From Massalongia carnosa (taxonomy: Eukaryota): a stretch of 64,000 nt of DNA. Position 1 is the first letter of the stretch. Every line of letters begins with the position of its first letter. The notes below the pieces were generated by a model that saw only the letters and a list, made by a program, of their open reading frames with translations, made no database searches and was not told where the DNA came from. A program made the translations under genes and the position numbers. Where the stretch lies: contig OZ287068.1 of assembly GCA_965645245.1 (NCBI GenBank), forward strand, positions 1,984,001 to 2,048,000, given 5' to 3'. This document shows positions 12,212-26,105 of this stretch, in pieces.

Positions 12212-13145
12212 CTAATAAGGTCTCTGCCGAAGTTCTGGCGGCAATTGTGGACAGTATTTATCAGGTTTATCCGTGCCGCCGCAGCATGCTTTCATATCGC
12301 ACTTGGAAAAATCGTTCAGCCAGAAGCACACATAGGCCCGGTATATCCAGTTACAGCACGCCCACCGGGTACCCTTGGGGCACTTGGAGTCATCATACCC
12401 GCTACGAACTCGCTCGCCCTCGCCGAACTTTGTGCCGCCTGTCAAGGGCCTTTTGCGCTTCTTTGGCTTTTCGGCGGGGCATGTGTCGGGGGATTCCGGG
12501 GTTTCCTCGGTTTCGTCGGGTTCTCCGTTTAGCTCAGGGGGTTTGGCGGGGGTGTTTTCGATGGTTTGGGCTTGGCTGAGGAGAGAGTGATCGGTGATGA
12601 GAGATGTTGAGTCGTCGGCACCAATGAAGCTACTTGGAGGTATTACGTCACGGGAACCTGTTCTCATGTTTTAGCGTCAATTCGATGCCTTGGAAAGCGC
12701 GGATGGGTTGTACACTTGGGGCCTCCTTGATTTGCGGCAATCACGCTGGGTACGTCTGTGGAGAGAGGTCAGCGGGATCGTGAGTATATCGCTCGGTTTT
12801 ACGAGGGTCCAAACCGTTGGAAGAAATTGAGTCAAACCCGCCCTCCAACTGATTTCCACTGACGTCAGTGGTGTCTGCGGGAGACTGCGTTGTATCGAGT
12901 TCGTTCGTTTGCGTTATTGTACCAGCAAGGTCGACCGGGAAGCTTGTGGCTGGAAGATCTGCCGGATCTACAGTTTCCTGATCGGTTGAAGTAACCAAGA
13001 AATTCGAATTCCTCGCTGTCGTGACAGAGCCCCCGGAAGCCAGGGCCCCATCCGATACCCAGGTGATTGTTGGATTCTGTGAAAGGCAGAGCAACGGTGA
13101 AAGAGCGAAGCCAAAGAGGAGAAAGCGCAAAATGCTGGAGGACAT
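12212..13145 (-). CDS. Secreted protein with acidic S/T-rich N-half and Cys-rich C-terminal domain (probably 3 exons)
   Basis: Signal peptide MSSSILRFLLFGFALSPLLCLS. Two short GT-AG introns with branch-like GCTGAC/GCTAAA join ORF 12741-13145 to ORF 12212-12667. C-terminus is KCPKGTRWACCNWIYRAYVCFW...KCDMKACCGG...YCP. Confidence 0.7.
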
Positions 13146-15787
13146 CTTGAATGTTGTTGAGCGCAGACAGCCGGATTATCGCAGGTTTTGTTTGCAAAGA
13201 TGGTAGAAGAGATGCGACGAACGACCGTCTTATGTATCATCAGCTTCTATATTCTGATGGGAATTCGCAACCGTCTCGGAGCCCAAGAGCTGCAGCGCAG
13301 TAGTCTGTCCTATGCGAGCCTTTGAAACAAACTCCAATAACCCGCGAACCTACCCTTCTACTCCATAGTCTGAGCTCAATGTAATGAAGAATGGACAACA
13401 TTAGGAAGAGCTAGGACCTAATCACCTCTTGCACCCATCACCGATAGCTTGAACATCAGCATGATATAACCCCCCCCCCCTAATGACACATATAAAAAAC
13501 AGGAACCGCAACATCCTCGAACCCTTCCCCACAAACAATCGCATCCGGCATTATTCTTCCGTACCAGCCGCATTTTGAGCCTGATCCGGTTATGCGCATG
13601 ACCGCGATAGCGAACTTATCCTGTAACCACTGCTTTTTGCATCGAAATGTTGAAATACACATACTTGCAAAATCATCAGTCGATCAACCAAACACTAAAA
13701 CTCATCATCGCAACAAACAGGAATTCCTCCACCCTTCCACGAGATCGATATTTTCCTCCAGTGAACCCTCTTCCTTCGAAACAATCATCTTACTCTCTTT
13801 CTTTTTCCCGCCCGAAAAACAAAAGAGATATTTTTTGCTCGTTTATTATTTATCGTGACAGAGGCAAGGCGGTAGATATCAATGCCCGTGAGGGGCCCGT
13901 GAGGGGAAAAGGAACAGTTGGGACTTTGCGATTAGAGTTTGGATGGTTTTGTTTTGTTTTGACTAATTTTGAAATGGATTAGAATCGGATAAAATAAAAC
14001 AGAGTAGAATAGAATAAATCTTTGATATCCGAAAAACCAATTCCAAAAGTCTAGAAAGGAGCGAGGAAATGACGTAGTTGTCTATGCGTGCAACTCTCCA
14101 TTCACGAGAAAGACCACACAAGAATGGACAAGAGGAAGAGGGAAAAGAAGGAACGTAAAATCAGCATATCTATCTACCTACCTGCCTACCTATCTATATC
14201 AGTTTTACCTACCGCCTCTAAACCATACTACCACATACCCATCGGGAATCAAGAGGAAAGCCTAGATAGATAAAATGGATGGATGGATGGTATGTAGGTA
14301 CATGATAGGTAAAAAGGATAAGAATAACCAAAGAATAGAAGAGAGAGTGATTTGATGAATATTATCTGATCAGTTCGATCCCCTCGGTTCCGATATTTTG
14401 ATATGAGTACCAAGCCAACCAACCTAATAACTTTCTTCCCCCACACTCCGTTTCCCGGTTTCGCCCGATTCTTTACAATTTTGCGAACAAGGATCTCGGG
14501 GTGAGGGAAATTGCAAGGAAAAGAAAGAAAGAAACAAAAGTTTTTTTTTTCCTAAAAAAAAAAAAAAAAAGGGGGGGGAAGAAAAGCGAGAGACAACAGA
14601 TGAGGGAGGTGGGAAGGAAAAAAGAAAAAAAAATAAGGAGGAAGGAAAAAGGAGCGTTTGAAGAGTTGAAGAAGAAGGAGGAGGAGGAGAAGAAGAAAGA
14701 TTATAAGTCGTTCAGTGCGGAATCGGAAGACTTACTTACATACAAGTATCAGGTTTAGGAGGTGATTTAAACTGAGTGATTGATTGATTGAATTGATTGG
14801 CTTCCCCTCTCCTACGAAGTCCTCTCGCGTTTTTCCCATAGTTACCCCTCCCCCTCAAAAAAAGAAATCGATGAAGTCGGTAATTGTTGTTCAAGTTGTG
14901 TTATACATAATAACCCTCCTAATTACCCAAGTTGGAAGTTTATAGTCGATGCCCGTACATAGGTGAACTAGGTTGGGTAACTTACCTACTTATTACGTAC
15001 CCTAAATAACATGTTCGTTGCGAAATGCACCCAGTAAAGGGAAAAGAGAAGAAACGGACGGAATCAGTTGGAGATGAGAACCCGTACTACCTATTTATAG
15101 CTCAGGGTTTCTTCAATTGGTAGAATAAGGCATCTATCTACCTAGGTTCTCCAGTATTGTTGAGAAGCGGGATCGCACAAGGAACCCTTGCGCCTTGCCT
15201 TCCGTACTGCCTGCTTGCCTGCCGTGGGGACTGCATTCCCTGATCTGCCTCATGAACATCCACACCAAAACCTTGAAGAAACAATACAAAACGGTATAAT
15301 TGATGTCTCCTAAAATCGATGCCGTATGATACGTGCAAAATCAACTCCATGCCATTCCATCCCTGTCCCGCTTCCCAATGCAGGTGAGGTGTTTACCCTA
15401 TAACCCTAATCCAACAGCCGTGTTAAGGCAATTGGAAGGATGTCAATAAAAGAAATCAGAATAATAATGCCGACAGCCGTAAAAGAATAAAATAATGTGT
15501 CAAATGTGCATGCGTCGCGTCATGCGACCCCAAAGTTCTTTGGACCCCAAAAATAATCAAACGCCACCCGCCCCCAGGACCCATGTTGGGGGGATTGGGA
15601 TGATATGCCGGCGCGTTTCACCCGTTTGTGTGGTAAATAACGCCAAAATTTTTTAATAACGCCCATAAGTGAAGAGGTGAGGCGAGGGTCCAGAGGCGAA
15701 TATGGCTCAATAGGAAGAGATTATGCCAAGAGATGATGTGAGATGTGTGCAACAGCGGAAGCGCCAGAGGGGTGACGTAAGCTCGTT

Positions 15788-16867
15788 TCAATCTTCCACG
15801 GTGGGAAAGCGGCTGTCTCGCATGCCACTACTCGATTTCTTCTTCCATCCTAGCATTTTCTTCCACGTGTTGTCGCCTCGACCTTTGGGGCTGCTTCCGC
15901 CAATATCGCTCGACGGAGGTGTGGTCGGAGGAGTCATCGGCTCCCGGTTGGGACTCGACGGGCTCGTGGAATCATCCGTCAGGCTTGCATCGCCACTCCC
16001 GCTGGAAAAGTGGCTCGGCGCCCGTGAATTCCTGCTGAGGCCGGCGGTAAGGTTTGAATTGGTGGAGAAGCGACTCGTGGAGCCAGTAAGAAGGGGAAAG
16101 GGCACGTCGAGAGTGGAGGCAGGAGGAGACGCTCGTTTTCGAGAACGACTTCGTCGCATTTTGCGCTCTCTTGAGCCAACCCGTGGATTTAGATTGTCGT
16201 CCGAATCGTTCCATTGGTCATAATAGTACTGTGAAGCCGTCGACGATGGCACTTCGTTCAAGAAGGAAACAAGCACGGACTCTTCCATCAGATCAAATAT
16301 TATTTTCACAGCCGCTCCCAAGACCTCAGGATCCGGCGGGGTGGTATGATTAGGTAACGAGAGTAGCCGATTTCGGATATTGCTGGGGATATTGATTTCT
16401 CGCGCGCCATCCGGTATGATGTAGGCATCTAACAACCGTTGCCATAACATTCGTACGAAGTTGTATTCCTCGCAATCTGCCCTTACCGGCGTACCGGCCA
16501 GCTGGGCCAACATCTCATCGTATTTTTGACGGTATCGCTCCGCATCCATTGTAAATTCCAGGTTTTCCAGGCAGTGGTTTTGTGACAGATAAGCTGTGAA
16601 GGCGCTGAGCGTCCAAGGGGGGGGGGCTGAATTTGACAGCACATCTGCCAGCGTCGGTCTCGTTGGGATGCTGTAGGGATCTAGAGTGTAGCGGCTGGTG
16701 TTCGAAGTTGTGACGCTGAGAGCTCGGGAAGGCACGACGTCCTCGGCCGACATGGTGCCTTCGTCGTCTGCGTCCCAATCCGAAACGGTGATAGAAGTAC
16801 GTGGCGAGGACTCTGGTGAAGGGGTACAAAGATACAATGACGCGGGGGTGGTTTTTCGGCGGATCAT
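15788..16867 (-). CDS. rgsA: Regulator of G-protein signalling, RgsA/Rgs2-like
   Basis: RGS domain PTLADVLSNSAPPPWTLSAFTAYLSQNHCLENLEF...AYIIPDGAREINIP...LMEESVLVSFL, followed by a Ser-rich tail with PMTPPTTPP. Start placed at MIRRK. Confidence 0.88.
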   Translation of the reverse strand: MIRRKTTPASLYLCTPSPESSPRTSITVSDWDADDEGTMSAEDVVPSRALSVTTSNTSRYTLDPYSIPTRPTLADVLSNSAPPPWTLSAFTAYLSQNHCLENLEFTMDAERYRQKYDEMLAQLAGTPVRADCEEYNFVRMLWQRLLDAYIIPDGAREINIPSNIRNRLLSLPNHTTPPDPEVLGAAVKIIFDLMEESVLVSFLNEVPSSTASQYYYDQWNDSDDNLNPRVGSRERKMRRSRSRKRASPPASTLDVPFPLLTGSTSRFSTNSNLTAGLSRNSRAPSHFSSGSGDASLTDDSTSPSSPNREPMTPPTTPPSSDIGGSSPKGRGDNTWKKMLGWKKKSSSGMRDSRFPTVED

Positions 16868-19800
16868 GGCGCGCTTCCACGATCGTATTCTGGAGCCTTT
16901 CCAATCGCTTCTTCCTGCTCTTTTGCAGCACTGGGGACGGCTACGACTTATAGTCTGATTGGTAGTGAAGTCTAGGCAAGCCACTTTAAGGGAAAGACGT
17001 CGACGCTTCGAGGGAGGGTTTTTAATGATAAGGCGGGGTGCTTCGCTTTAGACGATCGAAGATGCGAGGTACAGGTTGCGAAAAAGCAAACTCAAAGGGT
17101 CAGAACGTATGTGTCGTCTCTTCGCTTTGCATTTGTACTCCCGGGGCGAGGGGGAAGAGGCGTTTAGGGCCAAGCTGGTGGAGTAGGCTTGATGCGTGAT
17201 CAAACGAAGCAGGCGGCCGAGATATGTACGCTTCCGCTGTCAGTTTAACATGAATTGTTTTTATTTAATAGACAGGCGATGTGTGACTCTCAAGGGTAGG
17301 GCAGGCATTGACCGGCAGACGGCAGAAATGGAACGGTCAAGATAGAGGAAAATGGGTAGCTGCGTTGAATGATGGGACAGCATACGTCTAAGACTGCTGA
17401 AAGGAGTATTTGTTGCTGAGGCAAAAGATTGGTAAAGAAAACGTCTGTCGTGCGAGGGGGGCAGAGTAGAACGAGTGCATATAAAGCGATGTTGATTACA
17501 GTGTTTCCGTTATCGTTTTGGTTTTGATTCGATGAGCAAAGCAAATATAGGTGCTCATACCAGGAATGTGAATTGAATGCGGATGGAATGTTTAATGGGG
17601 GAATTGAAGACTAGTGCAGCGTTAAGTTTGCGTGGTACCAGTGATGGATGCAGCGGGTGTGGATGCGATGGACATGATGGTACTCTACACACTATGCTCC
17701 ACGATACTTTGGTACCGTACTTGGTAATACTAAGTCCCTAATATGTAATACCGATGCGAGTTTTGAAAACGGAGTGGAGACAGAGGCTTGACTAGAGGGA
17801 AGCTGGTAGTGCTAAGCAAACCTGAAGGACGGGGCAGGACCGATTTAGACGGGCTTATTGGATTGTCGTGAATGGCTGGACTATTGGATCATTCCTGACT
17901 TAATTAATTGATTGGACTATTGATGACGGGAAGAGCGACAATGGCAACTCACCCACAACGCTGTCAGCAAATGTTATTTGTTGATGTTTCAATGGTGGAA
18001 CAGCTCCAGCGATGGCTAGAGGGATGGAGGGTTAGAAAGTAAGTGGCTGCTGCAAGGCGATGCAAGGCAAGGTGGGCAAAAGTAGGGTTCGGTAAGGATA
18101 GCTCTTAGTGGAAGAGCTAGCGCCACTGATACTTTAATACCGCGCTAATCATGCCTGTGAGCCTTCTAATACGTTCTTAGGGCCTTCGAGAAGACTGGAA
18201 GGGAAGATGTGGGCAGATGAACTTAATCTGGCCAATCACACCGCACAGATGCTAAGCCTTATCGGACTCTTTCCCTTGTCTTCCTCCTTACGATACCACC
18301 ATTACCCGTTACCAACTAAGCGGAGGGCCGACAGAGTACAGAGTGCCATAATCACTTCATTATCCTGGTCATTAATACCTTGCTAGCTGTAAACGTACTT
18401 TCCAGAGCCAAGCGCTACCAGAACCTGCAGTGCCACCATGACCGAACCAGGGAAAACTGTCTGAATGTGACCATTTTATCCACACTCTTAGAGATGATCC
18501 CCCCAATAGTCATGTTGCCGCTCTGTTCTAATTGAATTCCTTCTTACATGGGGATTGGTTGGTTACAATACGTACGGTGGAAGTCAGAGAAAATCGCTCG
18601 CCAGCAGGGGGATAACGACATCTATCCACTATTTTGTCTCATTCATACATAGTACTAGGGTACGTGTGCAACATGCAACCGGGTGTCTGAGGCATGATTT
18701 TTCTTTGTCTGAAAAAGAAGACGCCTGAATGCTCCAAGAACTTCGCTTCCGCATCAAGCATCACGCGAACCCCACCATCAATTCATGAGCAAGCGGGAAT
18801 ACAAAGGCACTCTGTTGTTAGTGGAGGTGCAAATGAGCTGGCTTCGATGGATTATTGGCCCCTCTTTGGGCATGATGCACTTGAGCGGCATCAATCCGCA
18901 ACTGATTGGACTGACCCTGGTCGAGTTGGATCGCCGCTTTATTGCTTTGTCGCTTTAGGTTGCTTCGCCAAACCTGCTCAACCAGCGTTTGCTGTGTGAG
19001 TCATGTACAGACAGAAGTACTCTTGATGGTTGTGAGGTAGATGGCAGAGATAGAGGTACTCTGTATTCTCTACGGGAGGACAGATAAATTACGCATGTGT
19101 AAATTCATTTCGGACTGTCAGCAGACCAAAAAACCTAGTTGCGGGTAAAGTCCAAAGAAGTGGCAGTGCCTATGTGCATTGCAGGCCTAGAGAATACGAT
19201 CCCCAGCTGAACAGATTTGACAGTTCGTGACGTGTTGACTGCGGAACTACCCCAAGTAACAATCATGTGACTAGGCAACATCCTTATCATTAAGTTTGAG
19301 GATAATCGCCAAAATAATAGCAGATTCGTCCAGATGTTCAATCTTCGCGGTCTTAACTGACCTTGCTGTCATCATTGCGCATAATGAGCATAAAAGTAAG
19401 TTTGACTGCGGGAACAAACAAGGCTGACAAAACTTCTGCGTGTCTTCTGGAAGCCTGCCTCTTGCGGTAGCCGACGGAGATCCTCCCACGTCCCGACAAA
19501 AGGAATTCCATGACTACCTTAGACTGCAAAATGAAATTCAACATCAACCCTCGGGGAACTTCTGAGGCTGCGCTTATAGCTTACTGATTCATCAGCCATA
19601 GGCCTTGGAAGAGATCATAATATTGCCTCGCCTTGGCCTATGATAAGTTACTACCGCTGATGGACTGCTGATCACATTTGTCTTCTGTCACCTCCAATCC
19701 CATTCTTGGAGATGCGGAAAGGACCTGGAATCTATGGCCATGTGATCACACGCGTAGTTGTAGGGTGGAAAGAAATGAGGAATTGAGAGTCAAGCATGCA

Positions 19801-20140
19801 TCGTTGCAAAAGTACTCCCACAAAGCATCATCATCAAGAGCACTAACATGCTGGTGTACGGTCGGGTATGTGTAGAGAAATTGTGATGAAATTCAATTTC
19901 GCCTTGTGGACCTAAGCACGTACTAGTATGAAGCCAGTGGAAGCCGCTCCGGCGTTAGCAGCAAGTATCAACCTTCTTCGCTATAACTAGTAGAAAACTG
20001 ATATCAATTGGTAATACTCATCCTTAATGGACGGGATCTCCTGCTTCACGTGTTTGTCCCACATGCCTCGTGTGTCAATACGACGAGTCATGTCGCCTGG
20101 AGAAGTCCTTTATCTCGAATACGCGTAGACACTTCGTTTT

Positions 20141-22718
20141 TTAATCCACACGGATACGGGTTCCTGGTGCCGTCTCGAGAACTGCAATATCTACATCCCA
20201 TCCAGCAGCTTTCAATTGTTCGGTGCACGTGTCCCAGCATTTGGAGATATCCAACAAAGATGCTTCGACAAGCCCAAACACCTCCTTTGCAGCCCTGGCG
20301 CCTGTCGCAAGTTCGGCCTGGTGCAGGCGGTGAGCCAGTACTAAACCTTGCGCCCACGCTTTCAACTGTGATGTGGGCGAGGCGCTGCCCTTGAGTACAA
20401 TATAGGCTACTCTATCCGAATAGCTATACCATAATAGGTAATCTTCTAGAGCATAAATTCCTAGCAGCTTTACCAAAAGGGATTCCGCGTCGCGAGTGGC
20501 GCCAGTTACTGGAGAGCTCTGTCCCAATGAACTCAAAATCTCTTGCAACGCGACACCTATTTTGGCTTTGGCTAGTGGAGGCGAACTCTTCCAGCGTAGG
20601 ACGCCGTCCCATTCAAATATCCGCTCTTGTTTGGAAACCTCTAATGGGGTTAGCGCTCTGCCGTCTTCTAAGAATGTTGAGAAAACAATGTTGGCCCGTT
20701 GTCGATTCAAGCTACGCATGCTAACCGATCTCACGGCTGCATGGTTCATGGCCAAGTGGATTGAAAGGAGCAGGATTAGTAGCGACCAAGTAGCAGTGTA
20801 CGACGATACTTGCGAGACAACAACGCTACCCGCCTATGGTCCCGCACAATGTCAGACGTCTCCATTCAGCCGGGATGAGTCTTACCAACATTCCCATCAG
20901 AGAGATGATGGTTTCTTGGCTTGAATCCTTCTATTTCATGTCAGCGATTCTTTGACCAAGCTATTTATCCAAACAAGTGGGGAAAGGTGTAACGTGATCA
21001 AATGTACTCTGCTAATAGAGGTCAGCCAACAGTGCGGTAGATAGCCGCAATATGGCCTGTTGCCGGCTGCAGAAGCGAACAACCAGACCAATGGTAACAA
21101 CCGGTATCACATGACAACGAAGCAACTGTACATGGACCAAAGAGGCAAGGCTCCTGATACGATTCTCGAAATCAGAAAATCAAATGTAGCGGCATTTCGA
21201 TTGGAATAAGATCGGTGGAAGAGAATTTGCGAACCACCCACCGCGTTCAACTCGCCTAGATTGCCCCGGCTCGCAAAATGAGCGCTTAGGCTTGCTTTGG
21301 AACTGCCTGCTGCAACGCCGCATAAGGCTCTCAGCACGCTTGAAAAGCTCAGCAGCACCACCCTCGGCCCCTTCGGCAAGGCCGGTGACAGGCAATCCAG
21401 CATCATTGCCGTGTCGTTAAAAATATCCGCTGCGAGCCTGTACATTTTGCATTCCGGCTCTAGTGAGGTGCCGAGCTTGTGTGCGAATAAAATCGTCGCG
21501 ATTCGTCCCATGCTTTCCTGGACCACTGAGAGCAGGATGGCGGCTGTAGGGGAGGCGGAAGCATCGCCTACTCCGACTCCTGGATAGTGGGGAAGTTTGA
21601 TTAAGTAGCTTTTTCTGTGGACGTGATGGTGAATGTTGTGATAACTAGAAGGGGACTAACCTTCCAGTACTGCCCTCGAGGACAGCAGCCCTGCAATAGA
21701 ACTTGAAAATGCCTGCAAAGAATCCTACACGGTGGCATCGTAAGTGGAGAATTCGTTAGAACCAGCAGTCTTGCGTACATATATTTGGTACCTGGCCGTA
21801 CACCATCAGTTTATGACGTAGATATTGAACTTAACTGGATTAGTATGTATAGGAAGCATCCATATGTAAAATTAGGTACATACCACATGTAATCCTCCGT
21901 CACACTCTGAGGATATCCAGCGGGCAGAAACACCCCTAGTATAATTACCCATATGCTACTTTTCTGCTCTGGTACCTTGAGGTAAAAGAATTAGATCAGC
22001 TTTGCAAGTTTTGCAATACAGCACTATGCGTTTTTTCTCGTATGAATACCGAATGGGACAGACGAAACGCCCAAACTAAACCCACTCTCATACAAAATCG
22101 TTACTCGAAGATTCCAAGCCAAATTCCCCGTCTCGACGGACCTATATCCAATTTGGTTTCATCCCACATAAGGATGGAAAGACATGTAAATCCAATACCC
22201 AAATTCATCCCTCCTTCTCTTATGCTCTAATATCATCTTCCTCAACCTCTAATATGTATCCCCTCATCTACAACCCTTCACCGCAAATATCACACAGTAA
22301 TGAAACGAATCACCACCAAAGTCCCAACGACTTCCAAAGTGGAAAAGGAAAACAACATAGTAGAATCTTTTCCGAAGTCTGCTGGAGGTTTACAGCCCTA
22401 TCGTCCTTGTGATATTCGCATGCGAAAACGATTGTAATCACCAGCGAAACGACAACTAGAGGCTACACGTGTAATACACCAAGAATGGAAAGAAAGACAG
22501 GAAGTCTAAAACTCCGAAGGCGGGACCCCATAAAAGCAGTGTAATTAAAATGGCTGGTGAAAACTCACCAAAACATCTATCCTCTCTCCGCCTTGTGCGG
22601 TGGAAGTAGTGGTGGCGGTGGCGGCGGTGGCGGAAGTGGCAGACGAAGAAGACGGGGAAAGGATATACGTCGCATGAAGAAGACCGGTTTCCGCCCGCTC
22701 TTGAATGGTGAGGGGCAT
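20141..22718 (-). CDS. RUS1/DUF647 (root UVB-sensitive family) protein, multi-exon
   Basis: Exon 1 MPLTIQERAETG...RIDVL|GTGAGT. Later exons read VFLPAGYPQSVTEDY, YQIYDSLQAFSSSIAGLLSSRAVLEG, GRIATILFAHKLG...EPECKMYRLAADIFND, SKASLSAHFA...NLGELNA|KDSSQET and LNRQRANIV. Confidence 0.9.
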
Positions 22719-23964
22719 TTTATTTCTTCTTTTATTTTGGTGGTGGTGTGTGAATATTGTGTAGATGAGGGAGGGGATTGGAAATCCGGGGAAAGTAGCG
22801 TGGTTGGTTAAAATATGAAGTTAATGGTGATGATCATGATGCGTAACGGACGGGCAGTTGGAGGAATGTGGATGGTGGAAGTAATAAAGGTGGGCTAGGT
22901 GTCGGGTGAGAAAATGGGAGAGGAGGGGTTAGCTATGTTGGTTGAATGTGGAGGAAGGAGGTGGAATTGGTGGGAAGGGGAATTGGTGATAAAGATGCGG
23001 GGTACATAAGAGGATGGAAGGGAGGAGAGGAGAGTGCGGAATAGTCAAATGTTAAAGACGACGGCTCATCCAAGGCGGCCCGCTTTTAGGGTGAGCAGGG
23101 GTGATGATGAGCATGATGTTTCACTCCTCACTCATCAAGCCTTGGACACTTGGAAGAGATGAAACGGAACGAAGGCTATGAAATTCTGTTCACACAAACA
23201 ACTACGAGAACTTTTTAGGGTGGGTATTCGATTAAACATTTTTTTACTATACATTTGCTACAGATCAGGGGGAAACAAACCACCACCCCACCATTGGGCT
23301 AGCGCTATCAGGAATCGAACCTATTATGATAATCAATGAATATAGCTCACTTCAGGCACACTTCTAGATATGATCCGTTAGTTACATCTGAGGCTTTTTG
23401 CCCTGATGATCAGTTGAGATGATTTACGTCTTGACCAGATGAGGTGAAATGAATGGCATTGATCTATAGATGATTTTCTAGCTAGGTATGCCGCCAGGGG
23501 ATAGATCAAGAGATGTCTCCGAAGGAAGAAAGAATGTGGGGGATGAAGAATTTTTACCTGTGCCGCGGTGGCAATGTCATGTGACTGGCATGTGACGGGC
23601 CTGTTGACCAATGTTGGTTAATGCCAGTATAGCTGACATTTGACATTACATTATCCGGAAGCTTCCGAAGCAGATGTAGGTAAGCTCTAAAGCTATACCT
23701 ATGCAATATGAGGCTGCTGAGAATCGAAGGTAATTGAACTGGATAAAAAAGTGGCCCGCTTTGATAAAGTCAGCTATATAGTTGTACGGGAGTTATTACC
23801 TGATATAGTGACACTGAATCACTTACCCTCTGTACGGGAAGAAATCTAGAGATAAAATATAGCTCAGGCACAAGGAGGAAGCTTGTAGGGCGCCTGCTAC
23901 ATCGGCCCATGTAAAGGCATAAGACATCTCATTTACGTCGACGGGTAGTCACGTGGAATATTCC

Positions 23965-24744
23965 CTAAATGGCTTGACACAACCTTAGCCTCATAAGTCT
24001 AGGTTCTGGGGCGGTAAAGGGCTTTTGGTAGTATACAACGACTTTCATGTCAATAGGCCAGAAAGCTTCACTAGGAGGAGGAGCCGTACTAACGGTGGTG
24101 CCGCCGCTTCCGGGCGACCCGATGCCCGCGCACCTCTCTACCAAGTCTTCCACGATAGTTGTGACAATAGTCCAGTCAGCCAGGTGACTTCCTTGGAACC
24201 GACGGCTATAGCCCATGCGCCGGCGAGTTCGATGCGGGGCTCGGATGGGCTGTATAGAATTTTAGTAGTGAAATGCTTCATTTGATAGAGAGCGTCCAGG
24301 CAGTCAGTTTTCGGTGGGGAGCCAAGGTCCGCACTGCACGCGGGTTTGGCATTGGCAACGGGAATGCATGAGTAACCAACAGGGTAGATTTGTTCATCCC
24401 AGGTGGTGCCAGGGGGCTTGGTCATTACGTTGGCGGCGCCGTCGAGGGCGGCGAGGGAGGCGGCTTCTTGCTGCGTTAGGACGATGCTGGGTGCGATACG
24501 GCGTCGGATACCATTGGCCAGGAATTTTGGGATGATTGGGTCCGCATTAACGTCTACTGGCTTTTCTAACCCGGTGATACTGATCGGGAGGAATGGTTCG
24601 GAACTGGCTGAAGAAATATCTTGCAATGACCATTCGGGCTATTTGTCATAAGAGCGATATATCAGAGGCTGTGTTGGAAGCCAGACTCACTACAATATGT
24701 AGGAACAAAAATAGCATGACTTGGATTGACCTCGCCGACATCAT
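23965..24744 (-). pseudogene. Small secreted Cys-containing protein gene with an apparent 1-nt frameshift
   Basis: Signal-peptide exon MMSARSIQVMLFLFLHIV|GTGAGT...TAG|PEWSLQD... The frame runs to GSPPKTDCLDAL...AIAVGSKEVT, and the protein-like continuation LADWTIVTTIVEDLVERC...GSGG lies in another frame from ~24185. Confidence 0.55.
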
Positions 24745-25335
24745 ACCCTTCAATTTTGTGCTCCTCGTAAAGTCAGACGTTGAAATCGCTGCCTCTAGAT
24801 TGACTAACCATATCTGAGTGCAGATGTATCAATGCAAGATGACAACCATTAACGATGAGCCCGTTCCACAGATAGTCGTACACTAACCCTCATCTAGTGC
24901 CGGTGATGCTGGATTGGCGGACGCTTTTATGACACGCAGTAGGAGGGTAAAGAGGCCTATTCTGCATAGGAGTAGCATTTGGTCGAAGGTCAATAGTATC
25001 TAGAATAGTGGAAGATGGTATACTGTCTTGAAAACAGTGATTCCACAACTAAAGCTAATGTCGAGCTACCTTCATCGGGGTAAAGGAATAATTTTATAAT
25101 TGACGACCAAGCTTTCCCCCTTGGCCGAATCCAATTGCGATCATGATGCTGCCATTGTGGGGAATACACTTTGCCTGAAAGGAGCACATCCAGTTCGAGA
25201 CATTTTGGTATTTGAGTCTCGGCGAGTCTTCGGCACAGCATGTTTCCTATCATCGAAATCTTTGAAGCAAGACATTACGGTCCCGGATTTTCTCAGAAAA
25301 AAATCAATATCGTTTGAGGATACTCAGATTAAGCC

Positions 25336-25854
25336 TGTTGAACAAAAAATCAACCAGGCATACGGCAGCGGGATGCAGGAGAAGAGGGTCTAGGGCTATC
25401 AAGGATAGGCAAAGAGAAGTGCTTGGCAAACGTGATGCAGGTACTCCGTATTTCCAGTGAAGATACTCCAAATTTAGCTATCTGCTGAACTGAATTCTGA
25501 ACGACTGAATAGCTAAATTACATGAGGAATCATCGTCTCTTTATACTGCTTGAGGGCCTCCATCTCGGCCTATATCAAATGCATGAACCTGCTTCCTTTG
25601 AACCTTTTCAGCTGGGCAAAATATACCTTATTGCTGACCGGAGACACCGAGACACTCAGTGATCATGAACAGCTGAATTGCCTCCGAAATGTAGCATTAT
25701 TGCTGCATACCTTTGCCTCCTCGTAGTTGCCGAAGTCGTGCCGATATCTGAAACTTTTCGCATATAGCATATGATTGCCTAATCTGGAAATTAGTAAGCA
25801 GGAGGCAAAAGAACCTCGGTCGCAAATATTCAGGTATCTCGGCAAATTCCAATA
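25336..25854. mobile_element. Solo LTR, family A, copy 1 (519 bp)
   Basis: Begins TGTTG and ends CAATA. Flanked by direct repeat AAGCC (25331-25335, 25855-25859). Near-identical reverse complement at 30888-31406. Confidence 0.92.
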
Positions 25855-26033
25855 AAGCCATTACTAAAACTAGGCGAATGACGCACATGGAGAAATTCCT
25901 GCGATAAGAGTAACATCTTGTCAAATAAAAACCGAAACTAACGGCGCTGGCATGACTCAGACAGGCAAGGAGTCCATATAAGACCACAGATAGGATCTTG
26001 CAGTGTCAATAAGACATTATGCACATTGTACGT

Positions 26034-26105
26034 GAACGCGCTTGAACTCGACTGATATGAAATCGACGGGAACGCGCTTGAACTCGACTGATATGAAATC
26101 GACGG
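26034..26105. repeat. Perfect 36-bp tandem duplication
   Basis: gaacgcgcttgaactcgactgatatgaaatcgacgg x2. Confidence 0.95.

Noticed and set aside
23295..23330. tRNA gene (GGTTCGATTCC B-box on the minus strand)
   Set aside because: No acceptor stem, D-arm or anticodon arm could be folded around it.
26034..26105. CRISPR-like 36-bp repeats
   Set aside because: Two directly adjacent copies with no spacer, in a eukaryotic context with no cas genes.
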